Shown here: piece after piece, positions 25,650-35,456 of the stretch
Position numbering within the stretch: position 1 is the stretch's first letter
Layout: each line of letters opens with the position of its first letter
IMG/VR virus record: IMGVR_UViG_3300011862_000001
Span: 32,001-96,000 of that record
Source of the DNA: a virus
Lineage: Duplodnaviria; Caudoviricetes
Direction: 5' to 3' (one strand)
Length of the DNA stretch: 64,000 nt
Translations under genes and position numbers: made by a program
The notes under the pieces: model-generated
Told to the model about the DNA's origin: nothing
Database searches by the model: none
Seen by the model: only the letters and a program-made list of their open reading frames with translations

Positions 25650-26642
25650 ATGCGCCCAATCGCCTCTTCTGCTGTTGAGACATTAACTTCATTAGGCTAC
25701 ACTGAACTGGAAGCGAAACGCATCCGTCCGTATCTGCCAAAACATTTCCAGATTGACCACCCGGCCCCGCCGCGTACCAACGTGGAGTTCTGGTTGGCTT
25801 ACTACGCCGCTCAACACTTTACCACCTCCTCAGCCAGCCGGGGTAAGTTTACCTCCGAATTGGTTGTCGGTTTCTGGCCTTATAACAACATCACTTACAC
25901 CTGCGATGCGTTTACCGTGAGCTTCTCTGAGATTGAGTTTATCCGCCACTTCGGCGAAGCTCTGTTCACCGACTTCGACACCAACCTCGGTCGTCGTGTG
26001 GTGGCCCTCAACAATGACGGCAGTCTCAAGTTAAAGAACCGCCCTTTGCAAATTCGCCTGCGTGAGATTGAGGTGGAAATCGAGGAAATCAAAAACGATT
26101 ACGGTTTCCACTACGGCTGGTTCCAAACCCGTTACCACACCGGCAACCTGCAATTGCCACCGCGTGGTTGTCCGAACGTGAAAAGCATCCTGCCCCTGTT
26201 AGCCCAGGCTGCCCTCGCCCTGGAGTATCAGGTGGATGCTCACCACCGTCGGATGTTATCGAACCAACTGGACTACGTAGCTATTGCTAAGTTCTTGTTT
26301 TTCCTGGAATACAACAGAATGCGTGGCATGCCGCTTAAGGAGTTCAGTTCCCTGCGCAATCAGATATTTAGAAACATGCTCTCCCGCAGTCCTATCAATT
26401 GCAATATCCGTGTCGATGTACCGACCAGTGTGTTTATGGTGCCGAATAAAGGCTTCTTTACCGCCGACGGTTTTAGACAGTTCCCGATTGGCAACGGCTC
26501 ACCGTACGCCAACTATTATATCGGCGACTTGCTGGTACGTTACACAGACCACACCAACAGCATGCGTACGTGTGTCAAGGTGCCTGAGTCGTTGTACGAT
26601 ATGTTTACCGAAGCCGAATGGGCTGAAGCGGTAAGTGCTTGA
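25650..26642 (+). CDS. Hypothetical early protein
   Basis: 330 aa with a GACTATCAAGGA leader, its own promoter and a terminator at 26650-26677. Confidence 0.8.
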   Translation: MRPIASSAVETLTSLGYTELEAKRIRPYLPKHFQIDHPAPPRTNVEFWLAYYAAQHFTTSSASRGKFTSELVVGFWPYNNITYTCDAFTVSFSEIEFIRHFGEALFTDFDTNLGRRVVALNNDGSLKLKNRPLQIRLREIEVEIEEIKNDYGFHYGWFQTRYHTGNLQLPPRGCPNVKSILPLLAQAALALEYQVDAHHRRMLSNQLDYVAIAKFLFFLEYNRMRGMPLKEFSSLRNQIFRNMLSRSPINCNIRVDVPTSVFMVPNKGFFTADGFRQFPIGNGSPYANYYIGDLLVRYTDHTNSMRTCVKVPESLYDMFTEAEWAEAVSA

Positions 26643-26711
26643 TTAAACTAGGCGGGTTCGTCCCGCCTTCTTTTTTTACTGGTGATGGATTTTTTATAGG
26701 AGGATAACCCC

Positions 26712-27158
26712 ATGAACAATGTGAAGTACAACGGTTTTCAGAACACGCTCGAGCAATTGTTAAAAGAAGACCTGTTCGACGTTTTGGAAAAAAATATATT
26801 ACCCAGCCACTTCCTGCCGAGCAATCGCTACGACGAAGTGTTACTGGAAACGGGTCTCGGTTATGTCATGAACGACCCGATGTTTATTGACTGGCGACAC
26901 ACGCTAAAGCTGCAAGGCGAAATGCAATGTGTGCGTAGCGGTGAAGATACCCCGGTGATTGAAACCGGCTATAACCTGTCGATTGACGAGGTCCGTGCGC
27001 TTCGTTTAAACCACCGGGTTCTGCTCACCTTTATGCGCTCTATGGCAAGAGCACTGTGCGATCGTGCCCTACCTTATGACGAGGTGTTTGCGTGCATCCT
27101 GGATGCGATTTACACCCAAGAACATGTGATGTCCAGTCGCCTGGAGAACATCCACTGA
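26712..27158 (+). CDS. Hypothetical protein
   Basis: 148 aa with AGGAGG RBS. Confidence 0.75.
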   Translation: MNNVKYNGFQNTLEQLLKEDLFDVLEKNILPSHFLPSNRYDEVLLETGLGYVMNDPMFIDWRHTLKLQGEMQCVRSGEDTPVIETGYNLSIDEVRALRLNHRVLLTFMRSMARALCDRALPYDEVFACILDAIYTQEHVMSSRLENIH

Positions 27159-27225
27159 TTTTTTACGCCAGAGACCCTCCCTATAGGGAATCTGTGCTCT
27201 ACAAGATTCCGATAGGAGATGAAGC

Positions 27226-27609
27226 ATGAAGACGAAGCTGCGTCCGATGGACGTCATCCTCGCTGACCCGGAAACGTTAAGTAAGATTAAACCAAAATCA
27301 GAACTTGACTCGGCTTTGTTGGATAGTATCGAATGGGGATTTGCATTCCACCCGAACGAAACCTCCAACACTCGACGCATTGACGTGTCGGATGAGGTGG
27401 AAATAGACTGGAGTGAAAAAGAAGGGTTTGACGACGTTAAGCGTTACGTTGCCGAAGCAACGGTCCCTGCTAACATTCCGATTGCGGGACGTGCCGAACA
27501 CATCATCTCGCTGCGCCGTATTTGTAACGCCCAGGACGAAAGCGTACGAAACGGTGAAGCGTGGACGTATGGTACTGCCAGCCATTTGAAGAATGTACTT
27601 CAGCAGTGA
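27226..27609 (+). CDS. Hypothetical protein
   Basis: 127 aa with AGGAG RBS. Confidence 0.75.
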   Translation: MKTKLRPMDVILADPETLSKIKPKSELDSALLDSIEWGFAFHPNETSNTRRIDVSDEVEIDWSEKEGFDDVKRYVAEATVPANIPIAGRAEHIISLRRICNAQDESVRNGEAWTYGTASHLKNVLQQ

Positions 27610-27655
27610 AGCCATCCCCCGCCAACACGCGGGGGAGAGCCTTTCTTTTTTTTGC

Positions 27656-28468
27656 TTACGACTTAAAGCGGCCACCGGACATGTAGTTGTAACGGTCACC
27701 GATATTGTCGTTGTGAATCATGGCACGTTTCACCGCAGGCAGCATATCGTTAAACGAATCGCCCGCATCTGAATAACCTTCAATCACATTACGAAACGCC
27801 CCGAACTCCATCCCGTTCTCAAGCTTACCGGCATCCATGTCAAAGATAAGTTTGTTATAGATGTATTGCTTGACGGCAAACACAGCCATATCAGCAATCA
27901 GCGGGAAGAAGTCGGCTTTGATTTCGTTAAGCTCATCAGACATCGAGAGTTTGGCCATCAGCTTGGTGGCATAGACAAACATCCCGGGGTCTTTGATTTT
28001 CACCGTGTTAGGGCCGAGTACCCTGACTTCCGGTGAGGAGATACGCGGCAGAGCCGAGTGGGAATCAACCACTTGTTGGGTGGAAGACAGCACCCCGGTG
28101 GTTGCCCCGTCCAGATAACTGCCCGCAGGCGGTAAAGTATAGGCTTGACCCGCGACCGGTGTGACAGCCAGGTAAGCGCCAATAATCTCACGCCCGCCCG
28201 TTTTGAAATCGTCAATATAGTAGATACGACTGTAGTAGTCCTCCTGGTCATTTTTGTACGGCAATCCCTGGAGGTCGATTTCTGCATACTGACCCATACG
28301 GCTAATTTCGGGTACCACGAACTCGTCGAGAACCAACGTGGTAATTTGATGGTCAACGGCGCTCGCAATTCCCGCACGACGAAGCTCTTCTGGGATAAAG
28401 GCTATCCGTAGTACGGCTTCAGGTATACGTTGGCGAATACGTCGCAGACAATAATCGATGACGTTCAT
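27656..28468 (-). CDS. Conserved jumbo-phage protein, probably a virion component
   Basis: 270 aa; AGGAG RBS and an upstream minus-strand TATG. Confidence 0.6.
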   Translation of the reverse strand: MNVIDYCLRRIRQRIPEAVLRIAFIPEELRRAGIASAVDHQITTLVLDEFVVPEISRMGQYAEIDLQGLPYKNDQEDYYSRIYYIDDFKTGGREIIGAYLAVTPVAGQAYTLPPAGSYLDGATTGVLSSTQQVVDSHSALPRISSPEVRVLGPNTVKIKDPGMFVYATKLMAKLSMSDELNEIKADFFPLIADMAVFAVKQYIYNKLIFDMDAGKLENGMEFGAFRNVIEGYSDAGDSFNDMLPAVKRAMIHNDNIGDRYNYMSGGRFKS

Positions 28469-28584
28469 TTAAAGCTCCTATGAAGCGTTTTGGCGGTGTT
28501 CATACCAACGGGTAAGGTTACCTATTACTTTTATAAAAAATACGTTAGCGTGCCATTATGTGGGCACCATAATCGAAGATTTTT

Positions 28585-28607
28585 GACATAGATATTATCT
28601 TGATGAC
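28585..28607 (+). promoter_or_regulatory. Class-1 promoter
   Basis: GACATAGATATTATCTTGATGAC at the head of the nine-gene operon. Confidence 0.6.
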
Positions 28608-28629
28608 ATTCCATAAGGAGTATCAACCG

Positions 28630-28941
28630 ATGAAGGTGTATTTCACCCTGAACCCCCCACCGGAGGACGTCAGTGTCATCGAGATAATCCGCGGTATCCG
28701 CGAGCTGTTATTCTTGGACATTTACGATCTTCCTAAACGCGTACTCGACGCCGCCAAACTGTATGACGGTAGTGAAGCGTGGGAAACACTCTGGTGGCTT
28801 GGACGAGAACATACCGGGTCATTCACCTATTGCAATGGAGTAGTACAAACGTGGTCAAAATACACATTAAACCAGGTGAGGTGCATGCAAGCTTTTGGAA
28901 ACCCTTACTCCAATCGCCCTATGCTAGCGCACTCAGCATGA
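28630..28941 (+). CDS. Hypothetical protein (operon gene 1)
   Basis: ATG after AAGGAG. Confidence 0.65.
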   Translation: MKVYFTLNPPPEDVSVIEIIRGIRELLFLDIYDLPKRVLDAAKLYDGSEAWETLWWLGREHTGSFTYCNGVVQTWSKYTLNQVRCMQAFGNPYSNRPMLAHSA

Positions 28942-29501
28942 CGCAGCCGCAGATGGAAGAAGTTACCATGCAGATGCTGCACACTGCCCTCGAGGATATT
29001 TTCTTGTCGGTGGAAGAGATGCCGAATGCACGCCTGTGCGATCACCTCGAACCGTATCTCAACGTCAAGTTGTTGCATGAGATGTTGCACAAAGAAGGGC
29101 GGATTGACGCGCCTGATTCAGTAAGAAGTATCTCTCGTATTGTCTTAACCACCCCGATTGGGACGGATGCCATTGATAAGCGAATGGTAGAGCAAACAGA
29201 ATACGCCTCACCTTCTTTATTGCTCGATATGGCCTTCGACCCGATGTACCGCAAGTTTGTGGAAGAACTGGAAGAGAGCATCGTTAATTCTCTACGGGTG
29301 TTAAATCGCAAGTTTAACCCGTATGCCATTGTCGAGCTGACTCCTCTATTGCTCCATACACGTATCCTCTCATTGGAACTGAGTATTGGCGATGATATCC
29401 GACATGTCTACTTTGAACAGCAATTTCCGAGCGGCCGGTACTGTTCAAACAACAATGATAAGCTTCGTGACGAACAAAGCGTATGTGAGGATACTGAATG
29501 A
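28938..29501 (+). CDS. Hypothetical protein (operon gene 2)
   Basis: ATGA overlap with the previous stop. Confidence 0.7.
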   Translation: MTQPQMEEVTMQMLHTALEDIFLSVEEMPNARLCDHLEPYLNVKLLHEMLHKEGRIDAPDSVRSISRIVLTTPIGTDAIDKRMVEQTEYASPSLLLDMAFDPMYRKFVEELEESIVNSLRVLNRKFNPYAIVELTPLLLHTRILSLELSIGDDIRHVYFEQQFPSGRYCSNNNDKLRDEQSVCEDTE

Positions 29502-29835
29502 GGATTTTCCTTACAGCAGCTATGATGCTGCGGTAAAGATAAAGCAAATCATTCTGGATCTGTTTGAGTACCTGTTAGCGAATTTGAACGAACACGGATC
29601 GTGGGATTCGAATGTGGTGTACACCATTGCGAAATGTACCCGCAGTAATACCACTCGCGAGGAAGCCAACTGCTGGGCCCGTATTGTACGCCAGGCGTTG
29701 TGCGAAGAACTCCAGATTCCTTCCAAAGGCTATCGCGTCTACTATCGCGTGGTGGGGGAATTTATCCAATTCGTTCCTAAGAGGATGCCGAACTATGAAG
29801 ACCATCTTTGTGGAGCTCTCCCCAGTCTATCGTGA
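29455..29835 (+). CDS. Hypothetical protein (operon gene 3)
   Basis: Overlapping ORF; start position uncertain. Confidence 0.6.
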   Translation: MISFVTNKAYVRILNEDFPYSSYDAAVKIKQIILDLFEYLLANLNEHGSWDSNVVYTIAKCTRSNTTREEANCWARIVRQALCEELQIPSKGYRVYYRVVGEFIQFVPKRMPNYEDHLCGALPSLS

Positions 29836-30202
29836 GTTTGCAACGATACTGGAGAACTTCGGCCTCAGTTACACAACCTGCCCTGATACGATTGACTATT
29901 ACATCGAGCAGTTAGTGCGACTTGAGGTAGCACGACGATGGTTCAATAGTGATTTATCACGCGCTCAGGACTATCTTAAGAGACACATCGCCAACTACCC
30001 CGTGAGTCAGGATTACTTCCTTAATCAGGCTATCCAAACTTACGTGATATATTCACCAGCGTTATGGCGAGCGGTGTCTGACACCTTAACCTTTACTCCA
30101 CGCGCGTACTTCATGATGTGGCATGTTGAACGTGGGTTGTGGAAAATGATTGCATCAGGAGTAGACCCTTATGTACAGCAGTTCCTACTTTCTCATTCCT
30201 GA
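29795..30202 (+). CDS. Hypothetical protein (operon gene 4)
   Basis: ATG after GAGGA. Confidence 0.65.
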   Translation: MKTIFVELSPVYREFATILENFGLSYTTCPDTIDYYIEQLVRLEVARRWFNSDLSRAQDYLKRHIANYPVSQDYFLNQAIQTYVIYSPALWRAVSDTLTFTPRAYFMMWHVERGLWKMIASGVDPYVQQFLLSHS

Positions 30203-30677
30203 CTATCAGGAAGTGGCGGGTCCGCTTACCGAGTTTGACCCCAACGCGGTGTTGCGTGAGATTAATGACGATCTCAACAGCGTGATTAACCTGGCGTTCA
30301 AATTCGTGGAGGAAGGTTCCATTGGCGACACCCTGCCGTATATGCTGCCGAACACCTTTAAGTACGTGTCCACGGAACTGGCGACCATGGGCGTGTTACT
30401 GACGGATGCCCAGGCGATGGAATACGGCCGTGCCATTCAAGACGTGGCCCGGGGATTCATGACCGCTGTGTCTACCTCCCCACACTGGTTTACCCGTTAT
30501 GGCAAGTGGATAGCCGCCCGTTACAGCGCTACGCGAATCGGTGCGGTGGAGTTTAAGCTTGACTATAACCAAGTGAAGTTCCCGGCGCTTGAGAACCGTG
30601 AAACGTTTGAGCGGGTGAGTCCACGCATGTTAACGGTCATTGACATGCTGATAGGCTCACTGGGAGGGCGTCTATGA
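30171..30677 (+). CDS. Hypothetical protein (operon gene 5)
   Basis: ATG after AGGAG. Confidence 0.7.
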   Translation: MYSSSYFLIPDYQEVAGPLTEFDPNAVLREINDDLNSVINLAFKFVEEGSIGDTLPYMLPNTFKYVSTELATMGVLLTDAQAMEYGRAIQDVARGFMTAVSTSPHWFTRYGKWIAARYSATRIGAVEFKLDYNQVKFPALENRETFERVSPRMLTVIDMLIGSLGGRL

Positions 30678-31240
30678 TTGTTTACTACGACGCCACCGAA
30701 CAAGTGGCGCAGTATGGTAAAGCCAAGTTCTACGAGATGGTGCGCGAGCATATCGCGCAAATCTTTGAGGCCAGCGGGTTGGAAGTGTGTGGTGATGATC
30801 AGGCCATCATCGCTATCTACCAACAATACGCGTACGCCTTTGCGATTGGTGCGAAAACGCAGAACCCATTGTTGTTTCAGGAGAATTTCTTTGAGGAGTT
30901 CATTGATCCGATTGGCGGTTGGGAAACGGTGACCGATAACTCGGGACAGCTGTTACTCGAAGCAGGGGTGGAACGTGGGTTAATCAAAGGACCGTTGGTG
31001 GTATCTGACTCCGCTGCCTCTGTGACCTACACCGAGGTGGTGGTTCCCAATTCTGCGGGTACCGCACACGCACAACAACTTGCCCTTCGCACTTCGCTTG
31101 AGATGTTCCACCGTGAGTGTGTGGAATCCGTCGGTCTGTATGGCTTAATGCAACAACTGTTCCCTGGGCGTTACCTTAATCATTATGGTGACGATTTCAA
31201 AGGTCTAATATTGGTGTGCGAGCATGAAGGTTTATTTTGA
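30674..31240 (+). CDS. Hypothetical protein (operon gene 6)
   Basis: ATGA overlap; GGAGG RBS. Confidence 0.7.
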   Translation: MIVYYDATEQVAQYGKAKFYEMVREHIAQIFEASGLEVCGDDQAIIAIYQQYAYAFAIGAKTQNPLLFQENFFEEFIDPIGGWETVTDNSGQLLLEAGVERGLIKGPLVVSDSAASVTYTEVVVPNSAGTAHAQQLALRTSLEMFHRECVESVGLYGLMQQLFPGRYLNHYGDDFKGLILVCEHEGLF

Positions 31241-31658
31241 TCTCGGTGATGTGTGTGATATTGATGGCATTCTCGGTCGTGTGGTGCCCCACAGGAACGC
31301 TGATGACCACAAAATCGCTAACCTGTGTTACCTGTTTGTGGCGCAATATGCTCTCGCCTCTGTAAAAGCCATCGTCATATCTGGCGTGGGTGAAAACTTC
31401 GTGACGTTCACCCCACCGAACCAACACAAAATCTTCGCGGAAATGAGTGGCGTGTGGGGTGATGAAAATATCATCTTGTTGAAGCTGACCTTTGATTCTA
31501 TTGATTTGGAAGAGGAAGTCAGATTCGCAGAGTTACAAACGGTGATTAATACTGTCCTTGTTCGCTCTGGCAAATCCCGTGTTGAAATGGCAATGAGCGC
31601 GAAAGTCTCACTCATTATGAACGAGATTGGTAACGCACTCATTTGCCTGGAGTGCTAA
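31224..31658 (+). CDS. Hypothetical protein (operon gene 7)
   Basis: 144-aa overlapping ORF. Confidence 0.65.
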   Translation: MKVYFDLGDVCDIDGILGRVVPHRNADDHKIANLCYLFVAQYALASVKAIVISGVGENFVTFTPPNQHKIFAEMSGVWGDENIILLKLTFDSIDLEEEVRFAELQTVINTVLVRSGKSRVEMAMSAKVSLIMNEIGNALICLEC

Positions 31659-31667
31659 GGAGCGTAC

Positions 31668-32264
31668 ATGATTTACAAAGTGTTAGCCGTGCACAAATGG
31701 GCCATGAAGCTCGGCGTCATCGGTTACCTGACAGACGGCGAAGTGTTTCAGCAAGCCGTGGAGAAGCTGGTCGTCAGCTTTCCCAAGATGTACATTGACT
31801 TGCCGGAACGTGAGCTGGATAGTGATACCATTTATACGGCTTTTCACCACACTGCTGCGCGTTACTTGTCGGATTACAAAGCCCCGTTATCGCGTGCAGA
31901 ACTGACATTGATTAAAGGCTTTCTGGATTCGCTTAACGACGAATACCGACGTTGGCGATTTGATGCCGGGATGGGTTGTCAACGCGATGACTCGGTGATG
32001 GAAGAGTTGCAGCTGTTAGTGAACTTACACAAAGCCGTACGCAGCGATAACTTTAGCGTCATCAAAACCCTTATCGATTACACGATAGAGGAGTTGGCGC
32101 AGTTCTTCTCTACGGCAATTGTGGAAGAGTTCCAGGATGCGGTTACTCTGTTCACTCACCATCATCAACGACCGATATCCAACCTTGCGGTCAGCGTGGA
32201 CTTTCCGAAGAGTCAATATAACATCATGGATATGAGACTGCTTATCCACATCCCGGAGGAATAA
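31668..32264 (+). CDS. Hypothetical protein (operon gene 8)
   Basis: AAGGAG RBS. Confidence 0.75.
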   Translation: MIYKVLAVHKWAMKLGVIGYLTDGEVFQQAVEKLVVSFPKMYIDLPERELDSDTIYTAFHHTAARYLSDYKAPLSRAELTLIKGFLDSLNDEYRRWRFDAGMGCQRDDSVMEELQLLVNLHKAVRSDNFSVIKTLIDYTIEELAQFFSTAIVEEFQDAVTLFTHHHQRPISNLAVSVDFPKSQYNIMDMRLLIHIPEE

Positions 32265-32671
32265 TGTATAACATCAAAACGATCCCAGACGGGGTCGTTG
32301 TCAATATCGTCTACGACACGCCCATTCTGCTCTCGGAAACCCGGGTAGTGGTATTGGGTACGTGCGGCTATGAACTGGCCCGCAACTACGAAGACGTCAA
32401 TGCCAAGCAAAAGAACATCTATTCAAGCCTGGTGGCTCAGCCGGAAGACAACACGGCCAAGTACACCTACTTGATGTTCAAAGATTCAAATGGCAAAGTG
32501 CGTGTGGCAGCCGATGCCTGGATTCGCAACGTCAATATCATTAAGAACCTCAGCGTGCGCTTTGTCGTAACCGTTGATAACCGTGATGAGATTGACGAAA
32601 TCACCAAAGCATTAGCAGCGCGCGGCATCGATAAGGTCAGTTACGACATTATCGACAACAGCGCCGGTTAA
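32264..32671 (+). CDS. Conserved hypothetical protein (phiKZ gp49-like by position)
   Basis: TAATG coupling and GGAGGA RBS; directly upstream of the DNA polymerase. Confidence 0.7.
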   Translation: MYNIKTIPDGVVVNIVYDTPILLSETRVVVLGTCGYELARNYEDVNAKQKNIYSSLVAQPEDNTAKYTYLMFKDSNGKVRVAADAWIRNVNIIKNLSVRFVVTVDNRDEIDEITKALAARGIDKVSYDIIDNSAG

Positions 32672-32674
32672 CCG

Positions 32675-32710
32675 TATCCCGCTTCGGCGGGATATTTTTT
32701 TTTTCTTTTT
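32675..32710 (+). terminator. Intrinsic terminator
   Basis: TATCCCGC-TTCG-GCGGGATA followed by a long T run. Confidence 0.85.
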
Positions 32711-32760
32711 CACGGGTGCCCCTAGTCTTATAGCAGAGAACCCACCGTTAGGAGTATCGC

Positions 32761-35073
32761 GTGGAATACAACGAACCGTTCCGATTATCGCTTGATGAAT
32801 ACCATCGTGATATCGATATCCAGGATGCATACCTGGAACAATTAACGCTCTATATTTGGCATCAAACTGAACACAAATACACTCAGGAATATATTCGTAA
32901 GCAAGTCGAAGAGATGTTTGCCGAGGGTGGTGAGCTGACCCACAGTTACCCAACGTGTAAATTGTGGGTGCGGAACCAAACCACCGGTGACCGCGAAGAG
33001 AAATACACTACCGTCGATAAATTATTTCGCACGGTAATCGATAAGCAGATTATTTCTGCACCTTCGCTGACCTTTTATTTACCGGAGCATGTCAAGCGTT
33101 CTAAGCTTGCCGAGTTCACCGCAGAAAACGTGCGTAAACGTGCCGTGGTGAAAAACGAGATGTACGCTGCGGCGGCTGCCGGTAACGAAGTCTTAAAGAT
33201 TAACAAGAAGAACGAACAGAACGCCGTAAAGACCCTGAACAACGGGATGTCTGGTGCGTTCTCATCACCGTACACCGTTATCTTCAACCAGTCTTCGCAC
33301 TCGGTGTTGACCTCGACGTGTCGTACGGCGACCTCGTTTGGTAACGCCGGTAACGAACGCTTGTTAGGCGGTTCTCGCCACTATGACTCGCCGTCTCGTG
33401 TTATCGACCACTTCTTGAGCATCGGTACCCTGACTGACTTCCAGGCGTTTAAAGCCTGTATTGAGCGCTACAACCTGCACATCCCAACCGTTGATGAAAC
33501 GATGGATGTTATCCACTACTCCGCTGACCTGTATTGGCGAACCGATGAAGGGGCAGAACGAGTACGTGAGTTTGTGGGACGTGTTTCCGATCTGGAACGT
33601 GCGGCATTCGTTTACATGGGAGACTTCTTCCATTTAGCGAAATACAACGACCAGTTCATGCGCGGTTTCATCGGGGCACTGATTTCCGAACAGATGGTGG
33701 AAGATTGCACTAACTGGACGGACGACGATTGGTCGGCTGCTGAGAAAACCATTGACGGTGACATGAAAATTGTTATCGCCCAGTTCCGTACCGATATCGT
33801 GCCGATGGGCAAATCGTTTAGTGACGTCAAGCTCAAAGACGAGAACACCAAGAAAGCGCTGCCCTGGCACACGCAGGACAAATACAAAGAGCTTATCCGC
33901 TCGGCGGTATTCTTGCAGCGCACCATCGGTGAGTACGCGTGTTTGATTCGTAATATCCTGACCACCAAAAACCTGCCGATTAACATTGCGCGTATGCCAG
34001 ATGTGGTTCGTCGGGTGGGTGTGGTATCGGATACTGACTCCACGATGATGACCGCACAGTGGTGGGCACAGTGGTATTGTGGTAAGCATTACGGTCGTGA
34101 AGCGACCCGTGTGTCGGATGCAATGATTTACATTGCCACCCAGCACCTGCGTCACCTGATGGCCAGTATGTCTGCCAACATCGGTGTAGCGAAAGAGCGT
34201 ATCTTCCTGTACGCCATGAAGAACGAGTATAAGTTTGACTCGTTTGCGCTGACCACCAAAGCCAAACACTACTTCTCGATTATTACCGGACAGGAAGGCC
34301 AGCTTAAGAAAGACCCAGAGCTGGAAGTAAAAGGGGTATCCTTGCGTACCTCGAACATTCCGCCGGTTATCATGAAAGAGTTCAAGAAAACCATTCGTCA
34401 GCTGTGTATCTCGGTGGCCTCTGGTGAGAAAATCGAAATCGTACCGTTGCTTGAGAAAATCGCCGCGATTGAACAAAACGTGGTCGATTCATTGCGTGCG
34501 GGTAATGCGGGTTATCTAAAAACGACCAACATTAAATCACGCGATGCCTACAAGGAAAAGGACGAGAAGAACTATCACTACCACCGCATGTATAACACTA
34601 TCTTTGGGCCGAAGTATGGTTACGTGGAAGAGCCGCCGTATGACGCTGTGAAACTTCCTGTCAACCTGCAAACCAAAACGGCGATTCGTGATTGGCTGAA
34701 AACCATCGACGATCCGATTATCCGTAATGGTGCTGAGCGCTGGTTTGAAGAAACCAACTTCCGCTGTTATCGTACCTTGATTCTGCCAGAGTATCTGGTA
34801 GAGAACCACGGTATCCCACAGGAGTTGATTAATGCAGCCGACGTTCGACGCACTGCCTTTGCAACTGTTGAGCCGTACTATCATGTCCTGGAATGCCTGG
34901 GTGTGTTTATGATGGACAAGAACCGTACGCGGTTGCTTTCCGATTATTACGGCGAATCGTTGGATGTTGAGGAAGTGTTACCGGAACTCAAAGATGTCCG
35001 TTACGTACCGAAAGCGGAACGTGAAGAAGAGGAAGAGGAGGACGAGGATGAAGACGAAGCCAGTGCAGACTAA
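32761..35073 (+). CDS. Family-B DNA polymerase, polymerase-domain subunit of the split jumbo-phage enzyme (phiKZ gp50-like)
   Basis: Motif B-like QNAVKTLNNGMSG, motif C VVSDTDS, K-x-Y and EVKGV; no exonuclease domain or motif A in this ORF. Confidence 0.85.
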   Translation: MEYNEPFRLSLDEYHRDIDIQDAYLEQLTLYIWHQTEHKYTQEYIRKQVEEMFAEGGELTHSYPTCKLWVRNQTTGDREEKYTTVDKLFRTVIDKQIISAPSLTFYLPEHVKRSKLAEFTAENVRKRAVVKNEMYAAAAAGNEVLKINKKNEQNAVKTLNNGMSGAFSSPYTVIFNQSSHSVLTSTCRTATSFGNAGNERLLGGSRHYDSPSRVIDHFLSIGTLTDFQAFKACIERYNLHIPTVDETMDVIHYSADLYWRTDEGAERVREFVGRVSDLERAAFVYMGDFFHLAKYNDQFMRGFIGALISEQMVEDCTNWTDDDWSAAEKTIDGDMKIVIAQFRTDIVPMGKSFSDVKLKDENTKKALPWHTQDKYKELIRSAVFLQRTIGEYACLIRNILTTKNLPINIARMPDVVRRVGVVSDTDSTMMTAQWWAQWYCGKHYGREATRVSDAMIYIATQHLRHLMASMSANIGVAKERIFLYAMKNEYKFDSFALTTKAKHYFSIITGQEGQLKKDPELEVKGVSLRTSNIPPVIMKEFKKTIRQLCISVASGEKIEIVPLLEKIAAIEQNVVDSLRAGNAGYLKTTNIKSRDAYKEKDEKNYHYHRMYNTIFGPKYGYVEEPPYDAVKLPVNLQTKTAIRDWLKTIDDPIIRNGAERWFEETNFRCYRTLILPEYLVENHGIPQELINAADVRRTAFATVEPYYHVLECLGVFMMDKNRTRLLSDYYGESLDVEEVLPELKDVRYVPKAEREEEEEEDEDEDEASAD

Positions 35074-35129
35074 CGAATTATCCACTGTGATTCACAAAGC
35101 GGTGGGTGAATGGACACAGGAGAAATGTA

Positions 35130-35312
35130 ATGGCGTATCGTGATCCAAAGAAAGCCGTCGATATGCTGCGTGAAATCTTAACCGACTTACAAGAGCGTGG
35201 TTGTGAGAACATCTGTCAACTCTCTGGCGGGGAAACGATTCACGTTACGGCGTACGATCCGAAGAAGAAGCGCAACGTCAATGTGATAGGAAAGCCGTAT
35301 GCAAACGGATGA
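35130..35312 (+). CDS. Small hypothetical protein
   Basis: 60 aa with AGGAG RBS. Confidence 0.55.
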   Translation: MAYRDPKKAVDMLREILTDLQERGCENICQLSGGETIHVTAYDPKKKRNVNVIGKPYANG

Positions 35313-35456
35313 GAGTATCGGTCATGTGTGTAAGGCGCTGAATGTCGCGTTCTACCAACGCAAAAAATAAAAAGGGTTCTGCACACCGAAGTGTGCAGAA
35401 TTATTTCCCTATTATATGTACACTGAATACAGTGTGCGAACAGGGAGACCTTTTTC

